From contig WHUD01000009.1 in the NCBI GenBank assembly GCA_009377385.1, forward strand, positions 1,345 through 65,344: DNA of 64,000 nt, in the 5' to 3' direction. The notes beneath the pieces are model-generated. The model was not told where the DNA came from and searched no databases. It saw nothing but the letters and a program-made list of their open reading frames with translations. The position numbers and the translations under genes are program-made. The stretch comes from Actinophytocola sp. (GTDB lineage: Bacteria; Actinomycetota; Actinomycetes; Mycobacteriales; Pseudonocardiaceae). This document shows positions 50,843 through 60,676 of the stretch, one piece after another (positions within the stretch are counted from its first letter, which is position 1; each line of letters begins with the position of its first letter).

Positions 50843-51769
50843 GTGGAAGTCAACACGAAGGGTCGCACTGTGGTGGATGGGCCTGCCGCTGGTGCTCACT
50901 CGGAGGACGAGGAGCAACCGTTCGACGGTGGCATGACCGCCGTACCGGACGTCGATGGCGCCAAGCGCCGCAATGGCAGTTCGCTCGACAGCACCGCGCG
51001 GATGCTACGGGCGAAATGGCGCAGCGCGAGCCTCGCGGCGGGATGGCGCTTCCCTAGCGACTGGGGACTGCCCGAAGTGGACACCGTGTGCGCCGCGCTG
51101 ACCGCGGGCGGCCCGAACGAGGCTGTCGTGTCAGGGCTCGGCAGGGCCCGCGCCGCGTCGGGGGCGGGGCTGGACGAGACGCTCACCGACCTCGCCGCGC
51201 TGCACGCCGTTGTCGCAGACGGTGATCGCCACGGCGGGTTCGTCGTCCCCGACATCGACGCGACACCGTCCCGGCTGGTGCGGGTGACGGCGTTGGCCTG
51301 GGCGGACGTCGCGCTTGACAGGTACGCCCACACCGAGGTCACCGAACCGCTCACCGGCCTGCCGAGCGCGTCCTACCTGCGGACAAGGCTGGCCGAGGTG
51401 TACCGGGGCGCGGCGCGAGCCGGACGCACCGCCACCGACGACGCCCTGCTGCTCACCGTGTCGTTCGACCTCGCTGGTATGGCGAGCTGGCCCCGCCTTG
51501 CCGCCATGATCCTAGCCGCCGATGCCCTGCGGTCGGTCTTCGACGGGCCGGAGACGACAGCGGCGCTCGGGCCGTCCGTGCTCGCGGTGCTCGCGGTGCG
51601 TGACGCGGACATCGCCGCGCAGGCCGTCGCGCTGCGCCGCGAGATCACCGAGCGGATGCACGCCGATCCGCAGCTCGACGACGTCAGCAGCCCCGCCATT
51701 TCGTTCGTGCGGCTCCACCCGACGTATGAGGAGTCCTGCGCGCTTTTGCGGCGGATCGGGCGGCGGTAG
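50843..51769 (+). CDS. Degenerate GGDEF-like domain protein
   Basis: EPLTGLPSASYLRTRLAEVY resembles the DxLTGL entry to GGDEF domains, but no GG(D/E)EF motif is present. Confidence 0.65.
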   Translation: MEVNTKGRTVVDGPAAGAHSEDEEQPFDGGMTAVPDVDGAKRRNGSSLDSTARMLRAKWRSASLAAGWRFPSDWGLPEVDTVCAALTAGGPNEAVVSGLGRARAASGAGLDETLTDLAALHAVVADGDRHGGFVVPDIDATPSRLVRVTALAWADVALDRYAHTEVTEPLTGLPSASYLRTRLAEVYRGAARAGRTATDDALLLTVSFDLAGMASWPRLAAMILAADALRSVFDGPETTAALGPSVLAVLAVRDADIAAQAVALRREITERMHADPQLDDVSSPAISFVRLHPTYEESCALLRRIGRR

Positions 51770-51818
51770 GAGTGCCACCACCCGCCCGCTGTGGGCGCCA
51801 CCTGCGACACTGGGGCGC

Positions 51819-53027
51819 GTGCATCGTCTGAGCTCCCGCCGGGGTGTGGTCGCGCTACTCTGCGCGCTTGCCGCCGTGCCGCTGCTCGTCGGCGTCCTCG
51901 GCTGGCTCGCCGACTGGCCGCTCGGCATGGACAGCGCGGTCTACCGAGCAGGCGCGCTGACGCTGTTGCACGGCGACCCGCTCTACGACACCGACACGCT
52001 GGCGTTCGAACCGGCATGGGCGCAGCTACCGTTCACCTACCCACCCGCGGCAGCGCTGTGGTTCGTGCCGCTCGCCCCGCTGCCCGCGCCGCTCGCCTGG
52101 GGTGCGCTCGGCGCGATCTCCATCGCGGCGACGGGCCTGGTCGTGACGCTGGCGATGCGCGCGACGCCGTCGTCCGGCCTGCTCGCGAGGGGGCCGCTCG
52201 TCGCCGTCGCACTCACCGCGGCGGTCCTGCTGCTGGAGCCGGTCTGGCGCACGGTGTCACTCGGCCAGGTGAACCTGATTCTGCTCGCGCTGATCATCGT
52301 CGACGTCCTTGTGCTCTCCGCGCGCGGCAGCCGTGCCGGGGGCGTGCTTATCGGCGTCGCCGCCGCCGTGAAGCTGACGCCGCTGATCTTCGTGCCGCAC
52401 CTGCTGTTCACCGGCCACTGGCGGGACGCGCTCCGCGCGCTGGCCACCTTCGTCGTCCTGCAGGCGGCGATGCTGACGGTCATCCCGCATGACGTCGTCC
52501 GCTACTGGACGAAGGCCGTCTCCGACCCCACCCGCATCGGCACTATCCACTGGTCCGACAACCAGGCGCTCAACGGCCTCGTGCTGCGGCTCTCCGGCAA
52601 CGCGCCGTGGTCGATGGCGGTCGCGCTCGGCATCGGCGTGCTGCTCGCCGCGCCAGCCGTGTGGCTGATGCTGCGCTACCACCGCAGGGGTGAGGACCTG
52701 CGCGCCGTGCTGGTCACCGCGGGCTACGGCCTGCTCGTCTCCCCGGTGTCCTGGACACACCACTGGGTGTGGGTCATCCCGCTGCTTGTCACGCTGCTCG
52801 CCGTGGCGCCACGGGTGGCGGCGGCGATGGTCGTCGTGTTCGGCAGCTACGTCCTGCTGATCCTGCCCGGCGGCAGGGACCCGGACGGCTGGTCGGTGCT
52901 GGACCACGTGCTGGGCAACGCCTACCTGTACGTGCCGCTGGTGCTTGGTGCGGCCGCGTTCGTGCGGGAGTGGCGCACGCCCCAGCCGCAGCGGCCACCG
53001 GCGGGCGTGCGCGAGCTCACCAGCTAG
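51819..53027 (+). CDS. Glycosyltransferase family 87 (polyprenol-phosphomannose-dependent mannosyltransferase)
   Basis: DSAVY, FTYPP, LEPV..T..LGQVN, AAAVKLTP, SPVSWTHHW; polytopic membrane protein. Start approximate. Confidence 0.88.
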   Translation: MHRLSSRRGVVALLCALAAVPLLVGVLGWLADWPLGMDSAVYRAGALTLLHGDPLYDTDTLAFEPAWAQLPFTYPPAAALWFVPLAPLPAPLAWGALGAISIAATGLVVTLAMRATPSSGLLARGPLVAVALTAAVLLLEPVWRTVSLGQVNLILLALIIVDVLVLSARGSRAGGVLIGVAAAVKLTPLIFVPHLLFTGHWRDALRALATFVVLQAAMLTVIPHDVVRYWTKAVSDPTRIGTIHWSDNQALNGLVLRLSGNAPWSMAVALGIGVLLAAPAVWLMLRYHRRGEDLRAVLVTAGYGLLVSPVSWTHHWVWVIPLLVTLLAVAPRVAAAMVVVFGSYVLLILPGGRDPDGWSVLDHVLGNAYLYVPLVLGAAAFVREWRTPQPQRPPAGVRELTS

Positions 53028-53076
53028 GCTGTTAAGCCGTACGCTTCCGCCTCAACCAGGGAATTTGCCCGCAGAT

Positions 53077-54258
53077 ATGGACTCACACACCGGTCTCCCG
53101 ATCGTCGGCATGGTCGGCGGCGGCCAGCTCGCCAGGATGACGCACCAGGCCTCGATCGCGCTCGGCCAGTCGCTACACGTGCTAGCGGCGGGCGAGCTGG
53201 ACTCGGCAGGACTCGTCGCGGGCAAGGTCGTCACAGGCCACCACACCGATCTCGACGCGCTGCGGTCGTTCGCGGCAGACGTCGACGTCCTCACCTTCGA
53301 CCACGAGCACGTGCCGTCCGATCACCTGCACGCGCTCGCGGCGTCCGGCGTCGTGGTGCGGCCGGGACCGGACGCGCTGCTGCACGCGCAGGACAAGCTG
53401 GTCATGCGCAGGCGCCTGTCCGACATCGGCTGCCCCGCGCCCGCCTACGCGCCGATCGAGAAGCCGGAGGTCCTCACGGCGTTCGGTGACAGGCACGGCT
53501 GGCCGGTCGTGCTCAAGGCCGCGCGTGGCGGCTACGACGGCAAGGGCGTCTGGATCGTCGACGCAGACGACGCGACGTCGTTGGCCACCGAACTGCTCGA
53601 CGCGGGGACGCCGTTGCTCGCCGAGCAGAAGGTCACCATGCTGCGGGAGCTGTCCGCGCTCGTGGCCCGCTCGCCGTTCGGGCAGGGCGGGGCGTGGCCG
53701 GTGGTGGAGACGGTGCAGCGCGACGGCATCAACACCGAAGTGCTCGCGCCAGCGCCGAAGCTGTCCGAGGACGCCGCGCACGACGCGCAGGAGCTTGCGC
53801 TGCGCATCGCCGACGCGCTGGACGTCGTCGGCGTGCTCGCGGTGGAGCTGTTCGAGACGCCGGACGGCGTGCTGGTCAACGAGCTGGCGATGCGCCCGCA
53901 CAACTCGGGGCACTGGACCATGGACGGCGCGCGGACGTCGCAGTTCGAGCAGCACCTGCGGGCGGTGCTCGACTACCCGCTCGGCGCGACGGACCAGCTT
54001 GCGCCGGCGTGCGTGATGGCGAACGTGCTCGGCGCGCCGGAGCGGCCGGCGATGGGCCCTGACGAGCGGCTGCATCACCTGTTCGCGCGATACCCGGACG
54101 CGCACGTGCACCTGTACGGCAAGGAGGAGCGGCCGGGTCGCAAGCTGGGCCACGTGAACTTCCTCGCCGACAGCTTCAACGACCTCGCGGAGCGGGGACG
54201 GCTCGCGGCGCACTGGCTGTCGCACGCGAAATGGCTCGACGGGTACGAAATCCACTAA
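53077..54258 (+). CDS. purK: N5-carboxyaminoimidazole ribonucleotide synthase
   Basis: GGGQLARM, TFDHEH, GYDGKG, NELAMRPHNSGHW, RKLGHV. Confidence 0.95.
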   Translation: MDSHTGLPIVGMVGGGQLARMTHQASIALGQSLHVLAAGELDSAGLVAGKVVTGHHTDLDALRSFAADVDVLTFDHEHVPSDHLHALAASGVVVRPGPDALLHAQDKLVMRRRLSDIGCPAPAYAPIEKPEVLTAFGDRHGWPVVLKAARGGYDGKGVWIVDADDATSLATELLDAGTPLLAEQKVTMLRELSALVARSPFGQGGAWPVVETVQRDGINTEVLAPAPKLSEDAAHDAQELALRIADALDVVGVLAVELFETPDGVLVNELAMRPHNSGHWTMDGARTSQFEQHLRAVLDYPLGATDQLAPACVMANVLGAPERPAMGPDERLHHLFARYPDAHVHLYGKEERPGRKLGHVNFLADSFNDLAERGRLAAHWLSHAKWLDGYEIH

Positions 54259-54267
54259 GGAGCTTTC

Positions 54268-54774
54268 ATGACGACGGACGCCCGTGTCGGCGTGATCATG
54301 GGCAGCGACTCGGACTGGCCGGTGCTCGAGGCCGCCGGGCAGGCGCTTGACGAGTTCGACGTCGGCTACGAGGTGGGCGTGTACTCGGCGCACCGCACGC
54401 CGCAGCGAATGCTCGACTACGCCAGCTCAGCTGCCGACCGGGGCATCCAGGTGATCATCGCGGGCGCCGGCGGCGCCGCGCACCTGCCAGGCATGGTCGC
54501 GTCGGCCACGGTGTTGCCGGTGATCGGCGTGCCGGTGCCGCTGAAGTACCTCGACGGTCTGGACTCGCTGCTGTCCATCGTGCAGATGCCTGCCGGGGTG
54601 CCTGTCGCCACGGTGTCGGTCGGCGGCGCGCGCAACGCGGGGCTGCTCGCGGTGCGGATGCTCGCGGCGAGCGACGCCGGGCTGCGTGACCGCATGGCGG
54701 GATTCCAGGCCGAGCTGGCGGAGCTGGTGCTGGCCAAGGACGAAGCGCTGCGTGACCGGGCCGGAAAGCGGTGA
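54268..54774 (+). CDS. purE: N5-CAIR mutase
   Basis: [36 protein letters not shown]. Confidence 0.96.
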   Translation: MTTDARVGVIMGSDSDWPVLEAAGQALDEFDVGYEVGVYSAHRTPQRMLDYASSAADRGIQVIIAGAGGAAHLPGMVASATVLPVIGVPVPLKYLDGLDSLLSIVQMPAGVPVATVSVGGARNAGLLAVRMLAASDAGLRDRMAGFQAELAELVLAKDEALRDRAGKR

Positions 54775-54884
54775 CCTGCGTCGCTCGCCGTCCGTGATGT
54801 GACGAATCGCAACTCCGCAATGATGTGAACGAGCGATAACATGGCGGGGATCGCAGCTGCCCGAACTCGAATGAGGTGACACTG

Positions 54885-56036
54885 GTGTCCGACGGCATGT
54901 ACCAGCTCGCAGAGGAACACGAGGAGCTCCGTGCGGCGGTGCGCGCGTTGGCGGAGAAGGAGATCGCCCCGTACGCTGAGGAGGTCGACGAGGCCGAGCG
55001 TTACCCCGTCGAGGCGCTGGAAGCGCTGAACAAGGCCGGTTTCAGCGCTGTCCACATTCCCGATGAGTATGGCGGCCAGGGTGCCGACGCCATCGCCACC
55101 GACATCGTGATCGAAGAGGTCGCGCGGGTGTGCGCGTCGTCGTCGCTGATCCCCGCCGTCAACAAGCTCGGCACCATGAACATCATCCTGGGTGGCTCCG
55201 AGGAGCTGAAGCACAAGGTCCTCGGCGACGTCGCTGGCGGCGCGACGGCGTCCTACGCGCTGTCCGAGCGCGAGGCGGGCTCCGACCCGGCGTCGATGCG
55301 CACCAAGGCCGTCCGCGACGGCGACAACTGGGTCCTCAACGGCACCAAGTGCTGGATCACCAACGCGGGCGAGTCGAGCTGGTACACCGTGATGGCTGTC
55401 TCCGACCCCGACGCGAAGAACCCGGCGGCCGGCATCTCGGCGTTCGCGGTGCACGCCGAGGACCCCGGCTTCGTCGTCGGCCCCAAGGAGCGCAAGCTCG
55501 GCATCAAGGGCTCGCCGACCCGTGAGATCTACTTCGAGAACTGCACAATCCCCGGCGACCGGATCATCGGTGAGCCGGGCCAGGGCCTGAAGCTCGCGTT
55601 CACCACGCTGGATCACACGCGGCACTCGATCGGCGCGCAGGCGCTCGGCATCGCGCAGGGCGCGCTGGACGGGGCGATCGCCTACGTCAAGGAGCGCCAG
55701 CAGTTCGGCAAGGCCATCGCCGAGTTTCAGGGCGTGCAGTTCATGCTCGCCGACATGGCGATGAAGGTGGAGGCCGCGCGGCACCTGGTCTACGCCGCTG
55801 CGGCCAAGGTGGAGCGCGGCGACACGGATAAGTCGTTCGCGTCAAGCGCGGCGAAGACGTTCGCCTCCGACGTCGCCATGGAGGTCACCACCGACGCCGT
55901 GCAGCTCTTCGGTGGCGCTGGCTACACTCGCGACTTCCCGGTCGAGCGCATGATGCGCGACGCGAAGATCACGCAGATCTACGAGGGCACAAACCAGATC
56001 CAGCGCATGGTGATGGCGCGGCAGTTGTTGAAGTGA
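54885..56036 (+). CDS. Acyl-CoA dehydrogenase (FadE25-like)
   Basis: YALSEREAGSD, NGTKCWIT, RQQFGK, QLFGGAGY, IYEGTNQIQR. Start 54876-54897. Confidence 0.93.
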   Translation: MSDGMYQLAEEHEELRAAVRALAEKEIAPYAEEVDEAERYPVEALEALNKAGFSAVHIPDEYGGQGADAIATDIVIEEVARVCASSSLIPAVNKLGTMNIILGGSEELKHKVLGDVAGGATASYALSEREAGSDPASMRTKAVRDGDNWVLNGTKCWITNAGESSWYTVMAVSDPDAKNPAAGISAFAVHAEDPGFVVGPKERKLGIKGSPTREIYFENCTIPGDRIIGEPGQGLKLAFTTLDHTRHSIGAQALGIAQGALDGAIAYVKERQQFGKAIAEFQGVQFMLADMAMKVEAARHLVYAAAAKVERGDTDKSFASSAAKTFASDVAMEVTTDAVQLFGGAGYTRDFPVERMMRDAKITQIYEGTNQIQRMVMARQLLK

Positions 56037-56141
56037 GGCGCTGACGCCCGCATCTGTGGCTCGGCGCGCCGCATCGGTGTCGCGCCCGGCGTTTGCGGCG
56101 TTCTGCCCGTCCCGGATGTCGCGCCCGGCGTTTGCCCGCTA

Positions 56142-56224
56142 TTGATCAACTTACTGCGCGCTGTGACCATCAGGTGACCGATTTGCCCGGTTCTGTTGGT
56201 TACAGCGCAGGGGAAGTAGATCAA
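56142..56224. repeat. Long imperfect inverted repeat with TTGATC termini (REP/MITE-like)
   Basis: TTGATCAACTTACTGCGCGCTGTGACCA ... TGGTTACAGCGCAGGGGAAGTAGATCAA, 22/28 complementary; preceded by a 19-bp direct repeat TGTCGCGCCCGGCGTTTGC (two copies). Confidence 0.65.
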
Positions 56225-56261
56225 CAACGTCGGCCGAGCGGGCGGCCGTCGTGGGGCGCGC

Positions 56262-56978
56262 CTACCCCAGCAGATCCACCGTCGTCCGTTCCGTCGTCCG
56301 GCGGTTGGCCAGCTTCGCAGGGTCGGCGTTCGAGACCTGCACCAGCGATGCGCCAACGGACAGCGGTGCGAGCAGCGCGTCGATGAGGCCATCCGGCAGC
56401 GTCCACTCCGTGGTGGACAGCACACGGTCGCCCGCGCCGATGCCGAGGTCCTCCGCGCGTTTGCGCGTGGCGGCCAGCACCTCGTCGACCGTGGCGGACA
56501 GCAGAGCTGGCGTGTCGCCGTTGATCGGCGGCATCGGCGAGAAGTCGTCCCCGGCGAGCTTGGCGTCCGAGAGGTAGTCGAACGCGCCGCCCGGCGGCGG
56601 AGTGCGCAGCCCCTGCCCGAGCGGGTCGAACGCGACGATGGCGGTCTCGGCGGCCTGGACGGACTTCGCCGTCTCGTCCGGCGGCACGAACGCCACCGCC
56701 GCGCCCGCGTCGTCGCTGACAACGTGCGCCCCGCACCAGAACGCGCCGAGCAGCACGCCAGCCGTCTGCCAGTGCGCGGGCAACCGCACGCACACCGGGT
56801 CGCCAGCCTCGACGTCGAACTCCTCGACCAGCCAGTTCGCCGTCTTGGCCGCCCAGTTCGCCAGCGTCGTCGTCGACAGCTCGATGCGGGCGCCGGTCGC
56901 GTCGTCGTAGTGCGTGATCGCGGGCTTGGCGGCGGCCGTGGCCAGCAGCGGGCGCAACAGCGTCTCGGTGATGCTCAC
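56262..56978 (-). CDS. TIGR03089 family protein
   Basis: ITHYDDATGARIELS..TLANWAAKTAN, LPAHWQ; located next to LCP gene as in mycobacteria. Confidence 0.85.
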   Translation of the reverse strand: MSITETLLRPLLATAAAKPAITHYDDATGARIELSTTTLANWAAKTANWLVEEFDVEAGDPVCVRLPAHWQTAGVLLGAFWCGAHVVSDDAGAAVAFVPPDETAKSVQAAETAIVAFDPLGQGLRTPPPGGAFDYLSDAKLAGDDFSPMPPINGDTPALLSATVDEVLAATRKRAEDLGIGAGDRVLSTTEWTLPDGLIDALLAPLSVGASLVQVSNADPAKLANRRTTERTTVDLLG

Positions 56979-57003
56979 GCCTGGACCCTAACGCGGTCAG
57001 GAG

Positions 57004-58148
57004 CTAGTTGACGCACGGGACATCGCCAGCGGTGATCGGGCCGGCGCGCCGGCGAGCGGGGGCGTCGGGCGGCGGATCGGACGGCCCGTCCACCAGCCCC
57101 TTGACGAACCCCCGCACCTCCTTGACGTCGACCTCCACGATGCTCTGCCCGTCCGGACTGCGGCCGTTGATGGTCACGACGGGGATCGTCACGAACCTGA
57201 CGTCGCCCGCGGCGAGCCCGCGCATCCGCTGCACGAAGTCCAGCACGTCGAGCCCAGGGTCGAGCACGACCGACCTGCGGATGGCCTCCAGCAGGTCGCT
57301 CAGCATGACCGGGTTGGCGAGCGTGCCAGCGGAGAGGACCTTGTTCAGCGCGGACCCGAGGAACGCCTGCTGGCGGACGATCCGGTCGAGGTCCCCGCGC
57401 GGCAAGTTGTGCCGTTGCCGCACGAACGCGAGCGCGTCGCTGCCGCTGACCGTCTGGCGCCCCTCGGGGAAGTCCGCACCCGACTTCGGGTCGGAGACCG
57501 CGTCCTTCAGGCACACCTCCACCCCGCCGATGGCCTCGGTGAGCAGGTAGAACCCGAGCAGACTGACCTCAGCGTAGTGGTCGATGCGGACCTGGACGAA
57601 GTCCTGCACGGTCTGCACCAGCGCCCTGCGCCCGACGTCGTCCGACTCACGCTCCAGGAAGGCCTGGTCCGTGATGCCCTCGCCCGCAGCCGCCGCATCT
57701 CGGCCTGCTTGGCCAGGTTGAACGCCGCCGTGATCTTGGCCTTGCCGCCGGTCGCGATGTCGACCCAACTGTCGCGCGGGATCGAGACCGCGCGGGGCGG
57801 ACCGCCGTCGCGCGGCAGTCGTAGGATGATGATGGTGTCGGTCCGGACGCCCGCCTCGGGCCCGGTGCGGAGTTTCCGCAGCGTCTCGGGCGGCAGCGGG
57901 TTCCCGTCGGTGTCGGTGCGGGAGTCGGTGCCGATCAGCAGGATGTCGACGGCGCCCTCGTCGTCCGTCGGCGGGTCGGGCACCCGGTCGAGCGCCGGGG
58001 TGGTGGTGACGCTCTCGCGGAGGGTGTCCAGCGCGACGTCGGCATACCCGGTCACCGCGAGCACCGTGAGCGACAGCAGTGCGACGCAGGCGCGCAAGAC
58101 CAGGGCAGCTATCCTTCGCTGCCGTGATCGTGGCTTCCCGGCGTGCAC
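57004..58148 (-). pseudogene. LCP (LytR-CpsA-Psr) family protein with a frameshift near 57683
   Basis: 5' half (ILLIGTDSR, RTDTII, SIPRDS) and 3' half (IDHYAEV, ALAFVRQRH, DLDRIVRQQ) are in different frames; one base appears missing at CTG CGG GC|GAG GGC ATC. Confidence 0.85.
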
Positions 58149-58297
58149 CTGGATTCCCTCCCGCGGATCCGTGGCAACAGGCCACCTTCTGTCCGTATCG
58201 TCCGGAGGTCACGGTGAATTACCACGCCTGACCACCCGGCAGGCTGTAATCCCTAGACTTGCCGTGGCGAACTGGGGCTAACGGAGGTGCGATCGCC

Positions 58298-59275
58298 ATG
58301 CGGGTGCTTGTGACGGGCGGAGCCGGGTTCATCGGCTCGCACTATGTGCGGGAAGCGGTGTCGGGCTCGTACCCCGCGCTGGGCGACGCCGAGATCGTCG
58401 TCCTCGACAACCTCACCTACGCGGGCAACGAAGCCAACCTCGCCCCGGTCGCCGACTCGGAGCGCTACCGCTTCGTCAAGGGCGACATCCGCGACGGCGC
58501 GCTGGTCACCGACCTGATGCGCGGCACGGACCTCGTGGTGCACTTCGCGGCGGAGTCCCACGTCGACCGCTCGATCCTGGGCTCAGCCGAGTTCGTGCTC
58601 ACCAACGTCCTCGGCACACAGACGCTGCTGCAGGCCGCCGTCGACGCCGAGGTCGGCAAGTTCGTGCACGTGTCAACCGACGAGGTGTACGGCTCGATCG
58701 CGGCAGGCTCGTGGCCGGAGGACCACGTGCTCGAACCGAACTCGCCGTACTCGGCGTCCAAAGCGTCCGCTGACCTGATCGCGCGCTCGTTCTACCGCAC
58801 CTACGGGCTGCCGGTGTGCATCACGCGCTGCTCCAACAACTACGGCCCGTATCAGTACCCGGAGAAGGTCATCCCGCTGTTCGTGACGAACCTGCTTGAC
58901 GGCACGCCGGTCCCGCTCTACGGCGACGGCATGAACGTACGGGACTGGCTGCACGTCGACGACCACTGCCACGGCATCCAGCTCGTCGCGGACAACGGCA
59001 GGCCAGGCGAGATCTACAACATCGGCGGCGGCACCGAGCTGAGCAACAAAGAACTCACCCGGCGGCTACTCGACGCCGTCGGCGCTGACTGGGACATGGT
59101 CACCCCCGTCGAGGACCGCAAGGGCCATGACCGGCGCTACTCGGTGGACATCACCAAGATCAGCACCGAACTCGGTTACCGGCCGAGGGTGGCGTTCGAC
59201 GACGGACTCGCAGAGACTGTGCGCTGGTACATCGAACACCGTGACTGGTGGGAACCGCTGAAGAACGAGGCTTGA
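58298..59275 (+). CDS. rmlB: dTDP-glucose 4,6-dehydratase
   Basis: TGGAGFIG, HFAAESHVDRS, STDEVYG, YSASK, SNNYGP, DRKGHDRRY. Confidence 0.95.
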   Translation: MRVLVTGGAGFIGSHYVREAVSGSYPALGDAEIVVLDNLTYAGNEANLAPVADSERYRFVKGDIRDGALVTDLMRGTDLVVHFAAESHVDRSILGSAEFVLTNVLGTQTLLQAAVDAEVGKFVHVSTDEVYGSIAAGSWPEDHVLEPNSPYSASKASADLIARSFYRTYGLPVCITRCSNNYGPYQYPEKVIPLFVTNLLDGTPVPLYGDGMNVRDWLHVDDHCHGIQLVADNGRPGEIYNIGGGTELSNKELTRRLLDAVGADWDMVTPVEDRKGHDRRYSVDITKISTELGYRPRVAFDDGLAETVRWYIEHRDWWEPLKNEA

Positions 59276-59277
59276 TT

Positions 59278-60180
59278 ATGGCGTTGGCGTTGCTCGTACC
59301 CGGAGGTAGTGGCCAGCTGGGGGGTGACATCGCGCGGCGCGCAACTGATGCGGGCGCCGTCGTGCGCGCGCCTGGCTCGGCCGACCTCGACGTCACGCAG
59401 GCGGGGCAGGTGATCGCCGCCGTGCGGGAGCTCGCCGCGCTCGCGGAGGACGAGGGCCACCAGCCGATGGTGATCAACGCGGCCGCCTACACCGCCGTCG
59501 ACGACGCCGAGACGGACGAGCAGCGGGCGTTCGCCGTCAACGCCGACGGGCCGCGCGGGATCGCAGCGGCGTGCGCGACGACAAGGGTGCCGCTGGTGCA
59601 CATCTCGACGGACTACGTCTTCTCCGGCGAGACCGACCGTCCGTACGAGCCGTACGCCCCGCTCTCGCCGCGCAGCGCGTACGGCCGCACGAAGGCCGCA
59701 GGCGAGGCAGCGGTGCTCGCCTCGGGCGCGCGGGCGTGGGTGGTCCGCACCGCCTGGGTGTACGGCGCCAGCGGGACGAACTTCGTCAACACCATGATGC
59801 GGCTGGAGCGGGAGCGCGACACGCTGTCCGTCGTCAACGACCAGCACGGCTCGCCGACCTGGACGTTCGACCTGGCTGGCGGACTGCTTGAGCTGGTGGG
59901 TGCGATCGCGGACGGCCGCGCGCCTGAGCAGCACACGCTGCACTGCACCGGCGGCGGGGAGACGACATGGTACGAGTTCGCGCGGGCGATCTTCGAGGAG
60001 CTGGGCGCCGACAAGGAGCGGGTCACGCCGTGCACTACGGCGGAGTTCCCGCGCCCCGCTGCGCGGCCCGACTACGGCGTGCTCTCCAACGCCTCGTGGC
60101 GCGCGGCAGGGCTGACGCCGCTGCGCGACTGGCGCGAGGCCTTGACGGCGTTCATGGCGGCCCAGCGCGCCGAGGTGTGA
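59278..60180 (+). CDS. rmlD: dTDP-4-dehydrorhamnose reductase
   Basis: GGSGQLG, NAAAYTAVD.AE, STDYVF, YGRTK, DQHGSPT, PAARP. Confidence 0.94.
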   Translation: MALALLVPGGSGQLGGDIARRATDAGAVVRAPGSADLDVTQAGQVIAAVRELAALAEDEGHQPMVINAAAYTAVDDAETDEQRAFAVNADGPRGIAAACATTRVPLVHISTDYVFSGETDRPYEPYAPLSPRSAYGRTKAAGEAAVLASGARAWVVRTAWVYGASGTNFVNTMMRLERERDTLSVVNDQHGSPTWTFDLAGGLLELVGAIADGRAPEQHTLHCTGGGETTWYEFARAIFEELGADKERVTPCTTAEFPRPAARPDYGVLSNASWRAAGLTPLRDWREALTAFMAAQRAEV

Positions 60181-60187
60181 GGACGCG

Positions 60188-60598
60188 TCAACTCGCCTTG
60201 CTCAGACACAGAATCGCGCCGGACGCCGCTGCGTCGTCGCCGAAGCCCTCGAAGTACAGAAACTCGGCGTCCTTGAACGGGGCGCACGTCTTCTTGCCAG
60301 CCTTGCTCTCGAACTCCACCATGCTCTTGTCCTCGACCCTGCCGACGACGCGGTAGTTGGCGTCAGCCGCGCCGCAGTCAGTGATCTCGATGGAGTACGG
60401 CTTGTCGATGTCCCCAGCCAGGCAGTCGCCGACCTGCGCGCCGGTGAGCGTGAAGAACCGCGTGTAGACGAACAACGCGACGAGGCCGAGCGGGGCGATC
60501 CCCAGCACGACCGACACCATGATCACGAGCGTTCTCTTCGTGCTCTTGGGGTGGGGTGGCGGGCCTGGCGGGGCCGCGCGATCCGGTGGCTTGGTCAT
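60188..60598 (-). CDS. Membrane-anchored LppU/SCO3897-like protein
   Basis: Pro-rich N-terminus, TM, AQVGDCL...C...A.YRVVGRV...C...LCL pattern. Confidence 0.7.
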   Translation of the reverse strand: MTKPPDRAAPPGPPPHPKSTKRTLVIMVSVVLGIAPLGLVALFVYTRFFTLTGAQVGDCLAGDIDKPYSIEITDCGAADANYRVVGRVEDKSMVEFESKAGKKTCAPFKDAEFLYFEGFGDDAAASGAILCLSKAS

Positions 60599-60676
60599 CG
60601 TCGCTCCCTGACGGGTTCTCCCCACCATTGTGGGTGACGGTGCCAGCCACTATAAAGCACAATTGGGATTAATCGG

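Noticed and set aside
54790-54835. CRP-like site (TGTGA...TCGCA) upstream of the acyl-CoA dehydrogenase
   Set aside because: Spacer is 4 nt rather than 6; too weak to assign.
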